Source of the DNA: Candidatus Shapirobacteria bacterium
GTDB lineage: Bacteria; Patescibacteriota; Microgenomatia; UBA12405; UBA6130
NCBI GenBank assembly: GCA_027039485.1
Contig: JALWDZ010000016.1
Span: 1 to 62,517 of the forward strand
DNA: 62,517 nucleotides
Direction of reading: 5' to 3'
Of the stretch, positions 16,665-27,059 are shown piece by piece. Below the pieces are notes generated by a model. It was given only the letters and a program-made list of their open reading frames with translations, was not told the DNA's origin and searched no databases. Position 1 is the stretch's first letter. Each line of letters begins with the position of its first letter. Position numbers and translations under genes: made by a program.

Positions 16665-16684
16665 AATTGTTTCCGGGAGGAATA

Positions 16685-17143
16685 ATGACTGTTTTGCTAA
16701 CCAAAAAAGGATACGAAGCGTTAAAGAAGAAATTAGCTGCCCTGCAAAAGAAGCGGGCTAAGTTGGTGCGAGAAATGGAATTGGCCCGCCAGGAAGGCGA
16801 TCTGGCAGAAAATTTCGCCTATCATCAATTGCGGGAAGCAGTGACGATGGTAACCCAGGAAATTGAAGACTTAGAAGCTAAATTAGCCCAAGCGAAAGTA
16901 GTTGCCAATGGTTCGGCTGGTGCCGTTAGCATTGGCAGCCGGGTAACGGTAGAAGTGAATGGCCAGGAGCGGGTGATAGAAATCGTTGGCGACGGCGAAA
17001 GCGATCCTCTTAAAGGAAAAATTTCTTACCAAACTCCTTTAGGCAAAGCCCTGTTAGGCAAAAAGGCGGGGGACAAGGCAATTTTGGAGACGCCGGGAGG
17101 CCAGAAGGAGTACCGGGTTGTTCGGGTGGAAGTAATAAGCTAA
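16685..17143 (+). CDS. greA: Transcription elongation factor GreA
   Basis: N-terminal coiled coil (LTKKGYEALKKKLAALQKKR…) and a C-terminal globular domain. The start is taken as ATG 16685, preceded by GGGAGGA. Confidence 0.9.
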   Translation: MTVLLTKKGYEALKKKLAALQKKRAKLVREMELARQEGDLAENFAYHQLREAVTMVTQEIEDLEAKLAQAKVVANGSAGAVSIGSRVTVEVNGQERVIEIVGDGESDPLKGKISYQTPLGKALLGKKAGDKAILETPGGQKEYRVVRVEVIS

Positions 17144-17152
17144 AATAAAGAA

Positions 17153-18607
17153 ATGGCCGAACAACGCTTAGCTAGTCTCCGCCGCCAACGGTTGGAAAAA
17201 TTAAAGCAGCTGCAGGAGTTGGGTGTTAATCCCTATCCTTCTCAATTTGAAAAGCAAATTGATTGCGTCTCTGCCCAGCAAAAATTAGGCCAACGGGTTC
17301 AAACGGCCGGCCGAATTATGGCTATCCGCGGGCATGGCGGCTTGGTTTTCATGGATTTGGTTGATGCTAGCGGCAAAATTCAGCTTTGGTTACAGAAGGA
17401 TAAGACGGCCAATTATGAGCTTGTCCGCCTTTTAGACCGGGGCGATTTCTTGGGGGTAAAGGGAAAGGTTGGCAAAACTAAAGCCGGCGAAATTTCAATT
17501 CAGGTTGAAAAATTTTGGCTTTTGGCAAAATCATTGCGGCCATTACCGGCAAAGTGGTATGGTTTGCGCGATGTAGAAAGCCGTTACCGCCAACGCTATC
17601 TTGATTTGATTATGAATTCCCAGGTGCGTCAGGTTTTTGTAGTTCGGAGCCAAATTGTCCGTTATCTGCGGGAATTTTTAGACCGCCATGGATTTCTGGA
17701 GGTAGAAACGCCAATTTTGCAACCGATCTATGGCGGAGCAGCGGCCCGGCCGTTTATTACCCGCCATCATGCCCTGGAAGCTGATTTCTATTTGCGAATT
17801 TCTAATGAGCTCTATCTCAAGCGTTTGTTGGTGGGCGGCTTTGAAAAAGTCTATGAAATCAGCCGCGATTTTCGTAACGAGGGGATTGACAGGTTTCATA
17901 ATCCGGAATTCACCCAAATTGAATTTTATTGGGCTTATGCCGATTACCAGAAATTAATGGAATTTAGCGAGAAAATGCTAGTTGGTTTGGTTAAAACACT
18001 GACCGGAAAAACAATCCTAACTTATCAGGGGCAAAAACTAAATTTTCAACCACCTTGGCCGCGCCTAGATTTTGACCAGGAGCTAAAAAAGGAGCTTGGC
18101 TTCTCGGTGCTCGATTTCCAAACAGTAAAAGAATTGAGAAAAGAGTTACGGAAGCGAAAGATAAAATTAGAAGAAGAGAAAACGGAAACTTTGGGGCGGC
18201 TTTATGACCGGCTTTATAAAAAATACCTACGGCCAAAAATAAAAGGGCCGGCGTTCGTGGTGGATTATCCGGCGGCGATGATTGCTTTGGCGAAGCGGAA
18301 AGAGGCCGACCCCCGCAAAATTGCCTCTTTCCAGTTGCTGATTCAGGGAACAGAATTAATTAAAGCGTATAATGAGCTTAATGACCCGTTAGACCAGCGA
18401 GCGCGTTGGCAGGCGGAGGAAAAATTGGCCCGGCGGGGAGCTGAAGAAACGGAACGGCTTGATGAGGATTACCTCCGGGCGTTAGAATATGGCATGCCGC
18501 CAACAGCAGGTTGGGGATTAGGGATTGATCGGCTGACAATGTTTTTAACTGATCAGCTAACTTTGAAAGATGTTATTTTATTTCCTACCTTAAGGCCTTT
18601 ACCATGA
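17153..18607 (+). CDS. lysS: Lysyl-tRNA synthetase (class II)
   Basis: OB-fold N-terminus, class II motifs (…FRNEGIDRFHNPEFTQIEFY…, …GWGLGIDRL…). 484 aa. Confidence 0.95.
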   Translation: MAEQRLASLRRQRLEKLKQLQELGVNPYPSQFEKQIDCVSAQQKLGQRVQTAGRIMAIRGHGGLVFMDLVDASGKIQLWLQKDKTANYELVRLLDRGDFLGVKGKVGKTKAGEISIQVEKFWLLAKSLRPLPAKWYGLRDVESRYRQRYLDLIMNSQVRQVFVVRSQIVRYLREFLDRHGFLEVETPILQPIYGGAAARPFITRHHALEADFYLRISNELYLKRLLVGGFEKVYEISRDFRNEGIDRFHNPEFTQIEFYWAYADYQKLMEFSEKMLVGLVKTLTGKTILTYQGQKLNFQPPWPRLDFDQELKKELGFSVLDFQTVKELRKELRKRKIKLEEEKTETLGRLYDRLYKKYLRPKIKGPAFVVDYPAAMIALAKRKEADPRKIASFQLLIQGTELIKAYNELNDPLDQRARWQAEEKLARRGAEETERLDEDYLRALEYGMPPTAGWGLGIDRLTMFLTDQLTLKDVILFPTLRPLP

Positions 18608-19191
18608 GCTCGCGTGAAGATTTGCTTAAAATTCTCGACAAATATTTTGAAAATAAAAATTTGGTGAAGCATATGCTGGCGACTGAGGCGGCGATGGGGG
18701 GGCTGTATGACTACTTTAAAGCCCAGCGGCCTGACGAAGTAAAAGAATCTCGCCAAGAGTGGACTACCGCTGGCCTTCTCCACGACCTTGATTATCAAGA
18801 TAATGTTTCCATGGAAAAACACGGCCTGGTGACGCCCGATATTTTAGCCCGAGAGGGGGCCGCGGTGCCGGAAACAGTCTTGCGGGCAATTGCCGCCCAT
18901 AATTGGAAAAATACCCGGGTGATGCCTCAAACCTTGATGGAGTGGTCCCTTTTTGGTTGTGACGAATTGACGGGGTTAATCGTGGCCACCGCCCTAGTTT
19001 TGCCCAGCCACAAATTGGCAGATGTTAAAACCGAGAATGTCCTTAACCGGTTTCGGGAGAAAAGTTTTGCTCGGGGAGTAAACCGTGACGATATCCGCTT
19101 GGGCGCCGAAAAATTGGGCTTACCGGTGGAGAAATTAGTGGCGATTGTTTTAAAGGCGATGCAAGGTATTAGCCAAGATTTAGGCTTGTAA
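18604..19191 (+). CDS. HD-domain phosphohydrolase
   Basis: H…HD signature (VKHMLATE … LLHDLDY). 195 aa. Overlaps the lysS stop. Confidence 0.6.
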   Translation: MSSREDLLKILDKYFENKNLVKHMLATEAAMGGLYDYFKAQRPDEVKESRQEWTTAGLLHDLDYQDNVSMEKHGLVTPDILAREGAAVPETVLRAIAAHNWKNTRVMPQTLMEWSLFGCDELTGLIVATALVLPSHKLADVKTENVLNRFREKSFARGVNRDDIRLGAEKLGLPVEKLVAIVLKAMQGISQDLGL

Positions 19192-19193
19192 TT

Positions 19194-20456
19194 ATGCTCG
19201 ATCCAAAATTTGTCCGCCAGAATGTTGCTTTGGTCAAAGAAAATCTTCGCCGGCGAGGGTTGGCGGCTAATTTGGTAGACCACTGGCTTGCTTGGGACCA
19301 AAAGCGCCGCCGACTAGAAGAACAATTGCAGGAATTGCGGGCGGAGCGGAATAAAGCTCGAGCCCGGCAAAAAGCTAAGCCTAGCCAAAAAGATATTGAA
19401 AAAGCCCGCCGGCGGCGGGAAGAAATCCAAAAGAAGGAAAAGAAGTTGCGGGGGGTAATGGCCGAATGGGAAGCGGCCCTGCGCCTTTTACCCAATATGG
19501 CTGCTCCTGATGTTCCGACTGGAAAAAGCGCTGCTGATAACGTAGTTGTCCGCCAATGGAGGGAAAAGCCAAAGTTTTCTTTTCCTCCTCAAGATTATTT
19601 AACTTTGGCAGAGCGGTTGGGGATTATTGATGTTAAAAACGCCGGCAAAATTTCCGGGCCGCGGTTTGGTTTTTTGGTTGCCGAGGGAGCCTTGTTAGAA
19701 CTGGCTTTAATAGAATACTCGTTTCACCTTGCTTTGAAAAACGGTTTTGTGCCGATTATTCCCCCGGTATTGCTTAAGAAGCAGTTTGAGGCAGCCCTTG
19801 GTTATGGTGAGCACGGCGGTTGGGACGACATGTATGTTCTGGAAAAGGACAATTTGGTCCTGACGGCAACGACCGAGCACGCTTTGGTAGCCCGCCACGC
19901 TGATGACCTGTTTGCTGAAAAGGATTTGCCCCGGCGTTATGTTGGTTTTTCGAGCGCTTTTCGCCGGGAAGCAGGCAGTTATGGGCGAGATACGCGAGGT
20001 ATTTTTCGGGTCCACCAATTTGACCAAACAGAATTCATTTCTTTTACCCGTCCCGAAGATTCTGACCGGGAGCAAGAATTTTTGGTGGGTTTAGAGGAAG
20101 AATTAATGCAAGGGTTAAAATTGCCTTATCGGGTAGTGAAAATGTGTAGCGCTGATTTGGCTCAGCCACAATGGCGCCGCTACGATCTTGAGGTTTGGTT
20201 GCCGGGACAAAAGCAATACCGCGAGACCCATTCGGCCAGCAATTGTACCGATTATCAGGCCCGGCGGTTGAACATTCGCTTCCGTCGTCGTGATGGCCGG
20301 CGGGAGTATGTCCATATTTTAAATGCGACCGGTTTAGCGATCGGCCGAACGATTATCGCCATTTTAGAAAACTACCAACAAAAAGATGGTTCGGTGGTAA
20401 TCCCTGAGGTATTGCAAAAATGGGTCGGGAAGGAAAAGATTAAAAATGAGAAGTGA
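19194..20456 (+). CDS. serS: Seryl-tRNA synthetase
   Basis: N-terminal tRNA-binding coiled coil, motif 2 FRREAGSYGRDTRGIFRVHQF, motif 3 GLAIGRT. Confidence 0.95.
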   Translation: MLDPKFVRQNVALVKENLRRRGLAANLVDHWLAWDQKRRRLEEQLQELRAERNKARARQKAKPSQKDIEKARRRREEIQKKEKKLRGVMAEWEAALRLLPNMAAPDVPTGKSAADNVVVRQWREKPKFSFPPQDYLTLAERLGIIDVKNAGKISGPRFGFLVAEGALLELALIEYSFHLALKNGFVPIIPPVLLKKQFEAALGYGEHGGWDDMYVLEKDNLVLTATTEHALVARHADDLFAEKDLPRRYVGFSSAFRREAGSYGRDTRGIFRVHQFDQTEFISFTRPEDSDREQEFLVGLEEELMQGLKLPYRVVKMCSADLAQPQWRRYDLEVWLPGQKQYRETHSASNCTDYQARRLNIRFRRRDGRREYVHILNATGLAIGRTIIAILENYQQKDGSVVIPEVLQKWVGKEKIKNEK

Positions 20457-20780
20457 AAAGTTTAAGTGAAAAGTGAAAAAGAAGTTAAAGTGAAAAGTTT
20501 AAAATGGAACTAGGAACTAGGAGCTAGGAACTAGGTTAGAGGAACTTGGAACTTGGTTAGGGTATCAGAGTATCAGGTTAACTTTCTCTGTTCTTCTGAT
20601 CTCTGATTCTCTTTCCCTGATTACCTGGTTCTTCCTGATATTCTACAATTTAATTTTTTTCTTACTGAGTTCTGAGTTCTAAGTTCTGAATGTTTAGGAT
20701 TTGGGTCATTAGGATTTAGGATTTGCCTGCCCCTACCGAAAGGGGGTTTGTAATTTGTGATTTGTGATTTGGAATTTTTT
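20457..20780. repeat. Nested low-complexity palindromic element, copy C (microsatellite-like arms)
   Basis: It starts at the serS stop. Blocks of short tandem units (aagtgaaaag; ggaactag; ggaacttg; gtatcag) are answered downstream by ctgat-, gagttct- and ttaggat-type units. It shares an exact 31-mer (20505-20535) with copy A. Confidence 0.7.
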
Positions 20781-20831
20781 TTGGAGGGATGCTTTGGAAT
20801 GGTGAGGAATAGGAACAGTGTATAATTGAAT

Positions 20832-23534
20832 ATGCTTCAATTTGTCAAGAGGCTTTTTGACTATAACGAAAAGGAACTGCGCCGTTTGCGCCGGCTAGTA
20901 GCGGAAATAAATAAGCGCGAGGCAGCGGTGAAAAAACTCACCGACAAAAAGTTGGCGGCCAAAACAGACGAATTTCGCGACCGCCTTCGCCGGGGAACGC
21001 CAATAGAGCGACTTATCCCCGATGCCTTTGCCGTGGTGCGGGAAGCGGCCCGGCGGACGGTAGGGATGCGCCACTACGATGTCCAGCTGATGGCGGCAAT
21101 TGCTTTGTTTGAGGGTAAAGTAGCTGAGCAAAAAACTGGTGAAGGAAAAACATTGTCGGCAACACCGGCCCTTTATTTGCGAGCTTTGGAAGGCAAGGGA
21201 GCCCATTTAGTAACGGTAAATGATTATCTGGCTCGCCGCGATGCTGGTTGGATGGCTCCCATTTTTCATTTTTTAGGCCTTTCGGTGGGGTGTATCATTC
21301 CCCAAAAATCATTTCTCTATGACCCCCAATATCAAGGGCAATCGGAAGATGAACGGCTGCGCCACCTAAAACCGGTTAACCGCCACCAGGCTTACCAAGC
21401 TGATATTACTTACGGAACCAATAACGAATTCGGCTTTGACTATCTGCGTGACAATATGGCCCAATCTTTAGGGGAAATGGTTCAGCGCCCTCACCACTTT
21501 GCTATTGTTGACGAGGTAGATTTTGCCTTGATTGATGAAGCCCGAACGCCGCTGATTATTTCTTCGCCAGCCGGTGGTTCGACGGAAAAATACCGCCGCT
21601 TTGCCCAAATAGCCGACCAGTTGGAAGTGGAAACGGATTACATTTTGGACGAAAAAGCCCGGACAGCTATGTTGACGGAATACGGCATTAAGCGGGTAGA
21701 AAGAATTTTGGGAGTGCAAAACCTTTACGAAAATGATTTCGAAACGGTCCATTACGTTGAGAATGCTCTTAAAGCTAAGGCGCTCTTTCAACGGGACCGT
21801 GATTATGTGGTTAAGGATGGCAAGGTGGTTATTGTTGATGAATTTACCGGTCGGTTAATGCCCGGCCGTCGTTGGTCGGATGGCCTCCATCAGGCAATCG
21901 AAGCCAAAGAGGGGGTACCGGTCCAGCAGGAATCAAAAACTTGGGCCACGATTACTTTCCAAAATTATTTTCGGATGTACTCGGTTTTGGCCGGGATGAC
22001 GGGAACTGCCGCTACCGAGGCCGAAGAATTCAAGAAAATTTATGATTTGGATGTTGTCGTTATTCCTACCAACAAGCCAATGATCCGCCGTGATGAGCCG
22101 GATTTGGTTTATAAAAACCAACGGGCAAAATATGCCGCCATTGCCGCTGAGGTAGAAAAATGCTATCGCCGCGGCCAACCGGTTCTTATCGGAACAACCT
22201 CGATTGAAAAAAATGAGATTGTCAGCAATTTGCTCAAAAAGAAGGGTATTCCCCATCAAGTTTTGAACGCCAAAAACCACGAAAAGGAAGCTGGAGTTAT
22301 TGCCCAGGCGGGGCGGCTTAAAGCGGTGACGGTGGCGACTAATATGGCTGGCCGGGGAGTGGACATTATTTTGGGTGGCGCCATACCCAAAGATAAAGAA
22401 GGCCAGCGGAAATGGCAAGAAGAGCATGATCGGGTTTTGGAATTGGGAGGATTACGGGTAATTGGAACAGAGCGGCACGAGGCTCGGCGGATTGATAACC
22501 AATTGCGGGGCCGAGCTGGCCGCCAGGGTGATCCCGGTTCCTCGGTCTTTTTTGTTGCCCTGGACGACGACTTGATGCGGGTTTTTGGCGGCGAAAAGAT
22601 AGCTTCTTTGATGGGACGCTTTAATATGCCCGAGGATGTGCCCATTTCCCACCGGATGGTGAGCCGGGTAATTGAGCAAATCCAGGTAAAAGTCGAGGGT
22701 TTTAATTTTGATATTCGCAAGAGTCTGGTGGAGTTTGATGATGTAGTTAATCGCCAGCGGGAAGTCATTTATCACCGGCGAAGAAATTATTTAGAGTGGG
22801 CGGAAAAGGAGCCGCAGAAATTGGTGGCCGAGGTGGGCAATCTGCTCCGGGAAGAAGGCGAAGTAATTTGGACAGAAGCCCATGATGTTAACGGCCAGCT
22901 TGACCGCCAGCGCCTAACAGTTGCCGTTGCCGAGTTGCTAACGGAAACGAACGAACTAAAAAAGAAGCTGGCCACAATAAAGTCGCCGGGCCAGTTACAG
23001 CAGCTCCTAGAAACAGCCTGGCGGGCAAAAGTCGAGGAGCTGGGAGAGGCTGGCCAAGAATTGGTAAAAAGCCTTTTGCTTTACACTTTAGACCAGCTTT
23101 GGGTGGATCACCTTACCGCTCTGGATAGCTTGCGGGAGGGAGTCCGTTTGCGGGGTTATGGCCAACGCGACCCGGTGGTCGAGTACCGCCGGGAAAGTTA
23201 CCGGATGTTCCAGCAGCTTTTAGCCCGTTTTCGCAATCGTTTCCTGCGCCGGGTTTTTCACCTCCAAAATTTTCAGTATCAGGCAACAGCGCCCAAGGTT
23301 GGCCAGCACCAAGAGCTTTTAAATTTAGAGGCCTTGGCCCAGGCGGCTTTAACAATGCCCCAGCCGCAAAGTGCCCCATCAACTGTTGCTTCTCCTTCGG
23401 CATCGGCGCCGGTGGTTAAAAAGGTCCGATCGCGGCCGAAAATTGGCCGCAATGATCCCTGTTGGTGCGGTTCGGGGAAAAAGTGGAAGAATTGCCACTA
23501 TCCCGAGCTGCCGCCCGATGATTGGCATGGATAA
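20832..23534 (+). CDS. secA: Preprotein translocase ATPase SecA
   Basis: DEAD motor motifs (MRHYDVQL, TGEGKT, DEVD) and a C-terminal Zn finger, CWCGSGKKWKNCH. ATG 20832 lies 5 nt after TATAAT (20821-20826). Confidence 0.95.
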   Translation: MLQFVKRLFDYNEKELRRLRRLVAEINKREAAVKKLTDKKLAAKTDEFRDRLRRGTPIERLIPDAFAVVREAARRTVGMRHYDVQLMAAIALFEGKVAEQKTGEGKTLSATPALYLRALEGKGAHLVTVNDYLARRDAGWMAPIFHFLGLSVGCIIPQKSFLYDPQYQGQSEDERLRHLKPVNRHQAYQADITYGTNNEFGFDYLRDNMAQSLGEMVQRPHHFAIVDEVDFALIDEARTPLIISSPAGGSTEKYRRFAQIADQLEVETDYILDEKARTAMLTEYGIKRVERILGVQNLYENDFETVHYVENALKAKALFQRDRDYVVKDGKVVIVDEFTGRLMPGRRWSDGLHQAIEAKEGVPVQQESKTWATITFQNYFRMYSVLAGMTGTAATEAEEFKKIYDLDVVVIPTNKPMIRRDEPDLVYKNQRAKYAAIAAEVEKCYRRGQPVLIGTTSIEKNEIVSNLLKKKGIPHQVLNAKNHEKEAGVIAQAGRLKAVTVATNMAGRGVDIILGGAIPKDKEGQRKWQEEHDRVLELGGLRVIGTERHEARRIDNQLRGRAGRQGDPGSSVFFVALDDDLMRVFGGEKIASLMGRFNMPEDVPISHRMVSRVIEQIQVKVEGFNFDIRKSLVEFDDVVNRQREVIYHRRRNYLEWAEKEPQKLVAEVGNLLREEGEVIWTEAHDVNGQLDRQRLTVAVAELLTETNELKKKLATIKSPGQLQQLLETAWRAKVEELGEAGQELVKSLLLYTLDQLWVDHLTALDSLREGVRLRGYGQRDPVVEYRRESYRMFQQLLARFRNRFLRRVFHLQNFQYQATAPKVGQHQELLNLEALAQAALTMPQPQSAPSTVASPSASAPVVKKVRSRPKIGRNDPCWCGSGKKWKNCHYPELPPDDWHG

Positions 23535-23919
23535 ACCAGGTTGGATTTTAATTTTTCGCTGGCTATTATTTTTAGCTTTTGTTGGTGGGGGAATTTTTTT
23601 CTTGGCCCATTATCAGCAAGAAACGCCCGAAAAGGGCGAGGTTGCCGGCAGCCAGGTTAGTACTGGCGGTTTTCCCTTGGTTAAAAAAGTGATAAAGGTA
23701 ATCCCGCCCCAATGGCAAGAAGAGGCTAATCAAAAATTAAATACTTTAATCAAGAAAAAGAAAAAGGAAAATCCTTGGCTGGAAGATGTTGAAAAGAAGG
23801 TAAATCAGGTAGAAATACAAATTAGCCAGTTTCCCCATCAGTCGCAGAAAGAAATAAAGAAGCAATTGATAAAGCAAGCCTGCCAAGAGTTGCTAGAGGA
23901 GGTAGACCGTGAAAAATGA
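23527..23919 (+). CDS. Hypothetical membrane-anchored protein
   Basis: The start is taken as ATG 23527 ([27 protein letters not shown]), overlapping the secA stop. It has one TM and a Lys-rich tail. The longer track ORF (from 23371) lies inside secA. Confidence 0.5.
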   Translation: MDKPGWILIFRWLLFLAFVGGGIFFLAHYQQETPEKGEVAGSQVSTGGFPLVKKVIKVIPPQWQEEANQKLNTLIKKKKKENPWLEDVEKKVNQVEIQISQFPHQSQKEIKKQLIKQACQELLEEVDREK

Positions 23920-24982
23920 CCTTAGTTTAACTGAATTGCGCCAGCGTTGGGAGCAGATAAAGCGCAACCTCCGCCTTTCTGAAAAAGAAAAGCGGCTGGC
24001 AGAATTGCAGCAGCAAGCGGCTGGCAATGATTTTTGGCAAGACAGCGCTGCTGCCGGGCAGATAATGCAAGAAATTGGCAACTTAGAACAGTTGCTGGAT
24101 AAAGTGCGCCGCCTGGATGAACAATTAAAAACCCTGGAAGAACTAGCGGGAGAAAAAGAAAGCCAGCTTTTGGTTGAGGAAAAAGAGAAGGTAGCCCAAG
24201 ATCTGGACCAGCTGCGCCAGGAAATGTATCTGAGCGGGCCTTATGACCAGGGTGGGGCTTTGTTGGCGATCCATGCTGGCCAGGGGGGAACTGAAGCGAT
24301 GGATTGGGCAGCCATGCTTCAGCGGATGTATTGGCGGTATGCTAAGAAGCAAGGCTGGCAGGTAGAGGTGGTTGATATGGTGCCCGGAGAAGAAGCGGGG
24401 GTAAAATCGGTGACCCTGCGAATCACCGGCCCCCGCGTCTACGGGCTTTTGAAAAATGAAGCCGGCGTCCACCGTCTAGTGCGCATCTCGCCCTTTAACG
24501 CCCAAAATTTGCGGCAGACATCTTTTGCTAAAGTGGAAGTGTTGCCCCTCTTTTTAAACCAAAATGTAGTTGAAATTCGTGATGAGGATTTGGAATTAGA
24601 AACTTTTCGTGCCGGGGGGCATGGCGGCCAAAATGTCAATAAAGTGGAAACAGCCGTGCGCATTAAGCACCGCCCTAGCGGGATTGTTGTTAGTTGCCAA
24701 TCCCAACGGTCACAAATTCAGAACCGGAAAATTGCCCTGCAAATGTTGGCGGCTAAACTTTGGGAGAGGGAAGAAGAAAAGCGGCGCCAAGAGGAGGCAA
24801 AATTGAAAGGTCAGGCTCTGCCTTCTTGGGGGCGGCAAATTCGTTCCTATGTTTTGCATCCCTACAAGATGGTTAAGGATTTGCGAACTGGCTATGAAAC
24901 CAGCCAGGCTGAGGCGGTCCTCGACGGCGATCTCGACGGTTTTATTGAAGCAGAGTTGGGACTTGCCTCGCCACTTTCGTAA
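23909..24982 (+). CDS. prfB: Peptide chain release factor 2, uninterrupted ORF
   Basis: SPF tripeptide ([16 protein letters not shown]) and GGQ ([10 protein letters not shown]). GTG start. No in-frame UGA or +1 frameshift site is seen. Confidence 0.9.
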   Translation: MKNDLSLTELRQRWEQIKRNLRLSEKEKRLAELQQQAAGNDFWQDSAAAGQIMQEIGNLEQLLDKVRRLDEQLKTLEELAGEKESQLLVEEKEKVAQDLDQLRQEMYLSGPYDQGGALLAIHAGQGGTEAMDWAAMLQRMYWRYAKKQGWQVEVVDMVPGEEAGVKSVTLRITGPRVYGLLKNEAGVHRLVRISPFNAQNLRQTSFAKVEVLPLFLNQNVVEIRDEDLELETFRAGGHGGQNVNKVETAVRIKHRPSGIVVSCQSQRSQIQNRKIALQMLAAKLWEREEEKRRQEEAKLKGQALPSWGRQIRSYVLHPYKMVKDLRTGYETSQAEAVLDGDLDGFIEAELGLASPLS

Positions 24983-25090
24983 TGCCTCGTTGCGAAAACT
25001 TTCCTGCTTGTCGTCATATTGTGGGTGTAATATGTTATAGAGCTTGGGGTTGTCAGCAGGTTAATTTTTCGCTACACTGAGAGAAAGGAG

Positions 25091-25519
25091 GTGGCAATGA
25101 AAGATAAAAAGTTTTATTACCAAGTTGGCGGGGTTGCCTTGGCGGTTATTTTGGGCGTTTTGAGCGGTTGGGGATTAACCCAGTTGCGTTCCCAAAAAAC
25201 AACTAGTTCCAAAAGTAAGGGGGCAATAGTCGCTCAGCCTAGTGGCGGAGAGGTAAAAATTGGCCAAACTTACGGGCAAAAAGATGGCGCTTTCAAAGAC
25301 ACGGCAGTGGGAGTATTAGCTAAAAATGATGAGAAAAACAGCGAAGGCACTCACAAGCTTTTGCGCGATGGCGGCCCTTCGCAAACGGTTTATCTTACTT
25401 CATCGGTTTTAGATTTGGACCAGTTTTTGGGGCATAAAATCCAAGTGTGGGGCGAGACATTTTCCTCCCGAAAGGTAGCTTGGCTAATGGATGTTGGCCG
25501 GATAAAGGTTTTGCAATGA
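25091..25519 (+). CDS. Hypothetical membrane-anchored protein, first gene of the ftsEX operon
   Basis: SD GAAAGGAGGTG. 142 aa with an N-terminal TM. The stop overlaps the ftsE start. Confidence 0.5.
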   Translation: MAMKDKKFYYQVGGVALAVILGVLSGWGLTQLRSQKTTSSKSKGAIVAQPSGGEVKIGQTYGQKDGAFKDTAVGVLAKNDEKNSEGTHKLLRDGGPSQTVYLTSSVLDLDQFLGHKIQVWGETFSSRKVAWLMDVGRIKVLQ

Positions 25520-26193
25520 AAATTCAGTTTCAGAAGGTAAGCAAGCAGTTTGGCCCCGTAGCGGCAGTCAAAAATATGAGCTTTGCAATAGAGGAGGGAG
25601 AATTTGTTTTTCTAACCGGGCCATCGGGAGCAGGCAAAACGACTGTTTTGCGCCTAATTAGCGGTTATTACTTTCCTGACGAAGGCGAAGTGACTCTAGA
25701 TGGCAAGCGGCTTACGGCGATGAAAAAGAAGGAGCTTTTGCAATGGCGACAACGGGTTGGAATGGTTTTTCAGGAATTTAAATTGATTCCCCAGATGACG
25801 GTTGGTGAAAATGTGGCCGTGGCTTTGGCATTGCGCCGGGTGCCCAAAAAGGAGCGCGCCGACCAATTGATGAAAGTTTTGGCGACGGTAGGTTTAGAAG
25901 AAAAGAAAGACGCTTTCCCGGCCCAGCTTTCGGGAGGAGAATTACAGCGGGTTTGCTTGGCCCGGGCTTTGGCCATGGAACCGGAAATTTTATTGGCCGA
26001 TGAGCCGACCGGCAATCTCGATCCGGCTTCAAGCTGGAAATTAATGGACTTGTTGCAAAAAATTAATAAGAAGGGGCGGACGGTCATTATGGCTACCCAC
26101 AATGTTGATATTGTGAATTCTCTCCGGGGGCGGGTTATTGCCCTGAAGGAGGGGCGGTTAGTAAGTGATAAAAAGAAAGGAAAATATCAATGA
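25516..26193 (+). CDS. ftsE: Cell-division ABC ATPase FtsE
   Basis: Walker [10 protein letters not shown], signature LSGGELQR, Walker B LLADEP. About 225 aa from ATG 25516. Confidence 0.9.
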   Translation: MKIQFQKVSKQFGPVAAVKNMSFAIEEGEFVFLTGPSGAGKTTVLRLISGYYFPDEGEVTLDGKRLTAMKKKELLQWRQRVGMVFQEFKLIPQMTVGENVAVALALRRVPKKERADQLMKVLATVGLEEKKDAFPAQLSGGELQRVCLARALAMEPEILLADEPTGNLDPASSWKLMDLLQKINKKGRTVIMATHNVDIVNSLRGRVIALKEGRLVSDKKKGKYQ

Positions 26194-27059
26194 GTTTTTG
26201 GCAGCGCGTTTGGCATCACCTGCGACGGGGGCCATTCCAAAGTTTGGCGGCAATTCTGGCGACTTTTAGCGTTTTCTTGCTAGCCACGAGCTTTCTTTTT
26301 TTGCTTTTGACTCTTTTAGGGGCAGTGCGTTATTTTGAATCCCGACCTGAATTAAGCGCCTTTCTTAAAGATGATGTTAATCAGCAGCGGGTGGAAGAGT
26401 TGGTAAAAGAATTGCGGCAAACACCGGGAGTTAAAGATGTCCATTATGTTTCCAAAGAAGAAGCGTTGCAAATTTACCGCCGGCTTAATAAAGATAACCC
26501 CCTTCTCTTAGAGATGGTTACCGCCGATGTTCTGCCGGCTTCGATTGAGGTTTCGGCTAATTCGCCTAATAGCCTCCAGCTGGTTGCCGATAAATTGCAA
26601 AAAAATAAAGACCTTTTTGAAGATATTTATTTCCCTAAGCAAGTTATTGCTTTTCTTTCTCACCTGGTCACTACTTTAGAGTGGCTAGGCGGGGGTTTGC
26701 TAATTTTCTTAGGTTTTTATGCCTTAATTACGATTATGGTGGTAGTGGGGATGAAAATTGCCCTCTTTAGCGAAGAAATTGAAATCTTGCGCCTTCTGGG
26801 AGCTAGCGGCCGCTATATTGCCGGGCCCTTTCTTCTCGAGGGTGTTATCTATAATTTGTTTGGGTTTTTTCTGGGTAGCGGCGGTTTAGTGGCTGTGCTT
26901 GCCTTAACGCGAAGGCAACTGATAACTGTTTTCCAGCAACTTTCCTTGCCTCTGCCCGATTGGCGTTGGCTGGCGGCTAGCTTGCTGCTGGAATTCCTAT
27001 TTGCCATTTTTGTTGGCTTCTTGGCTAGCCTTTTGGCAGTCCGCCGCTATCTTAAATGA
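26190..27059 (+). CDS. ftsX: Cell-division permease-like protein FtsX
   Basis: Four-TM topology with a large first extracytoplasmic loop. ATGA coupling to ftsE. Confidence 0.85.
   Translation: MSFWQRVWHHLRRGPFQSLAAILATFSVFLLATSFLFLLLTLLGAVRYFESRPELSAFLKDDVNQQRVEELVKELRQTPGVKDVHYVSKEEALQIYRRLNKDNPLLLEMVTADVLPASIEVSANSPNSLQLVADKLQKNKDLFEDIYFPKQVIAFLSHLVTTLEWLGGGLLIFLGFYALITIMVVVGMKIALFSEEIEILRLLGASGRYIAGPFLLEGVIYNLFGFFLGSGGLVAVLALTRRQLITVFQQLSLPLPDWRWLAASLLLEFLFAIFVGFLASLLAVRRYLK

Noticed and set aside
21933-22768. Long antisense ORFs inside secA (164 and 170 aa). Similar antisense ORFs occur in the sortase gene (14813..15370), lon (13211..13627), serS (19169..19495) and the TasA-locus genes.
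   Set aside because: Each lies fully within a well-supported gene on the opposite strand, and the amino-acid composition is skewed (Arg/Ser/Pro-rich). This is typical of shadow ORFs.
23371-23526. An N-terminal extension of the 23371..23919 ORF, and similar long 5' extensions in the track at 2130, 10275, 16667, 25447, 34816, 39236, 39505, 45487, 50752, 51431, 54701 and 56142.
   Set aside because: The extensions overlap the preceding gene in another frame. An internal ATG, with coupling or promoter context and a family-typical N-terminus, is the more plausible start in each case.
23909-24982. Programmed +1 frameshift site in prfB (CUU UGA C after an internal SD).
   Set aside because: The RF2 reading frame is continuous from the GTG at 23909, with no in-frame UGA near codons 20-30. 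This gene is therefore one of the non-frameshifting prfB variants. The presence of RF2 also argues against UGA recoding here.
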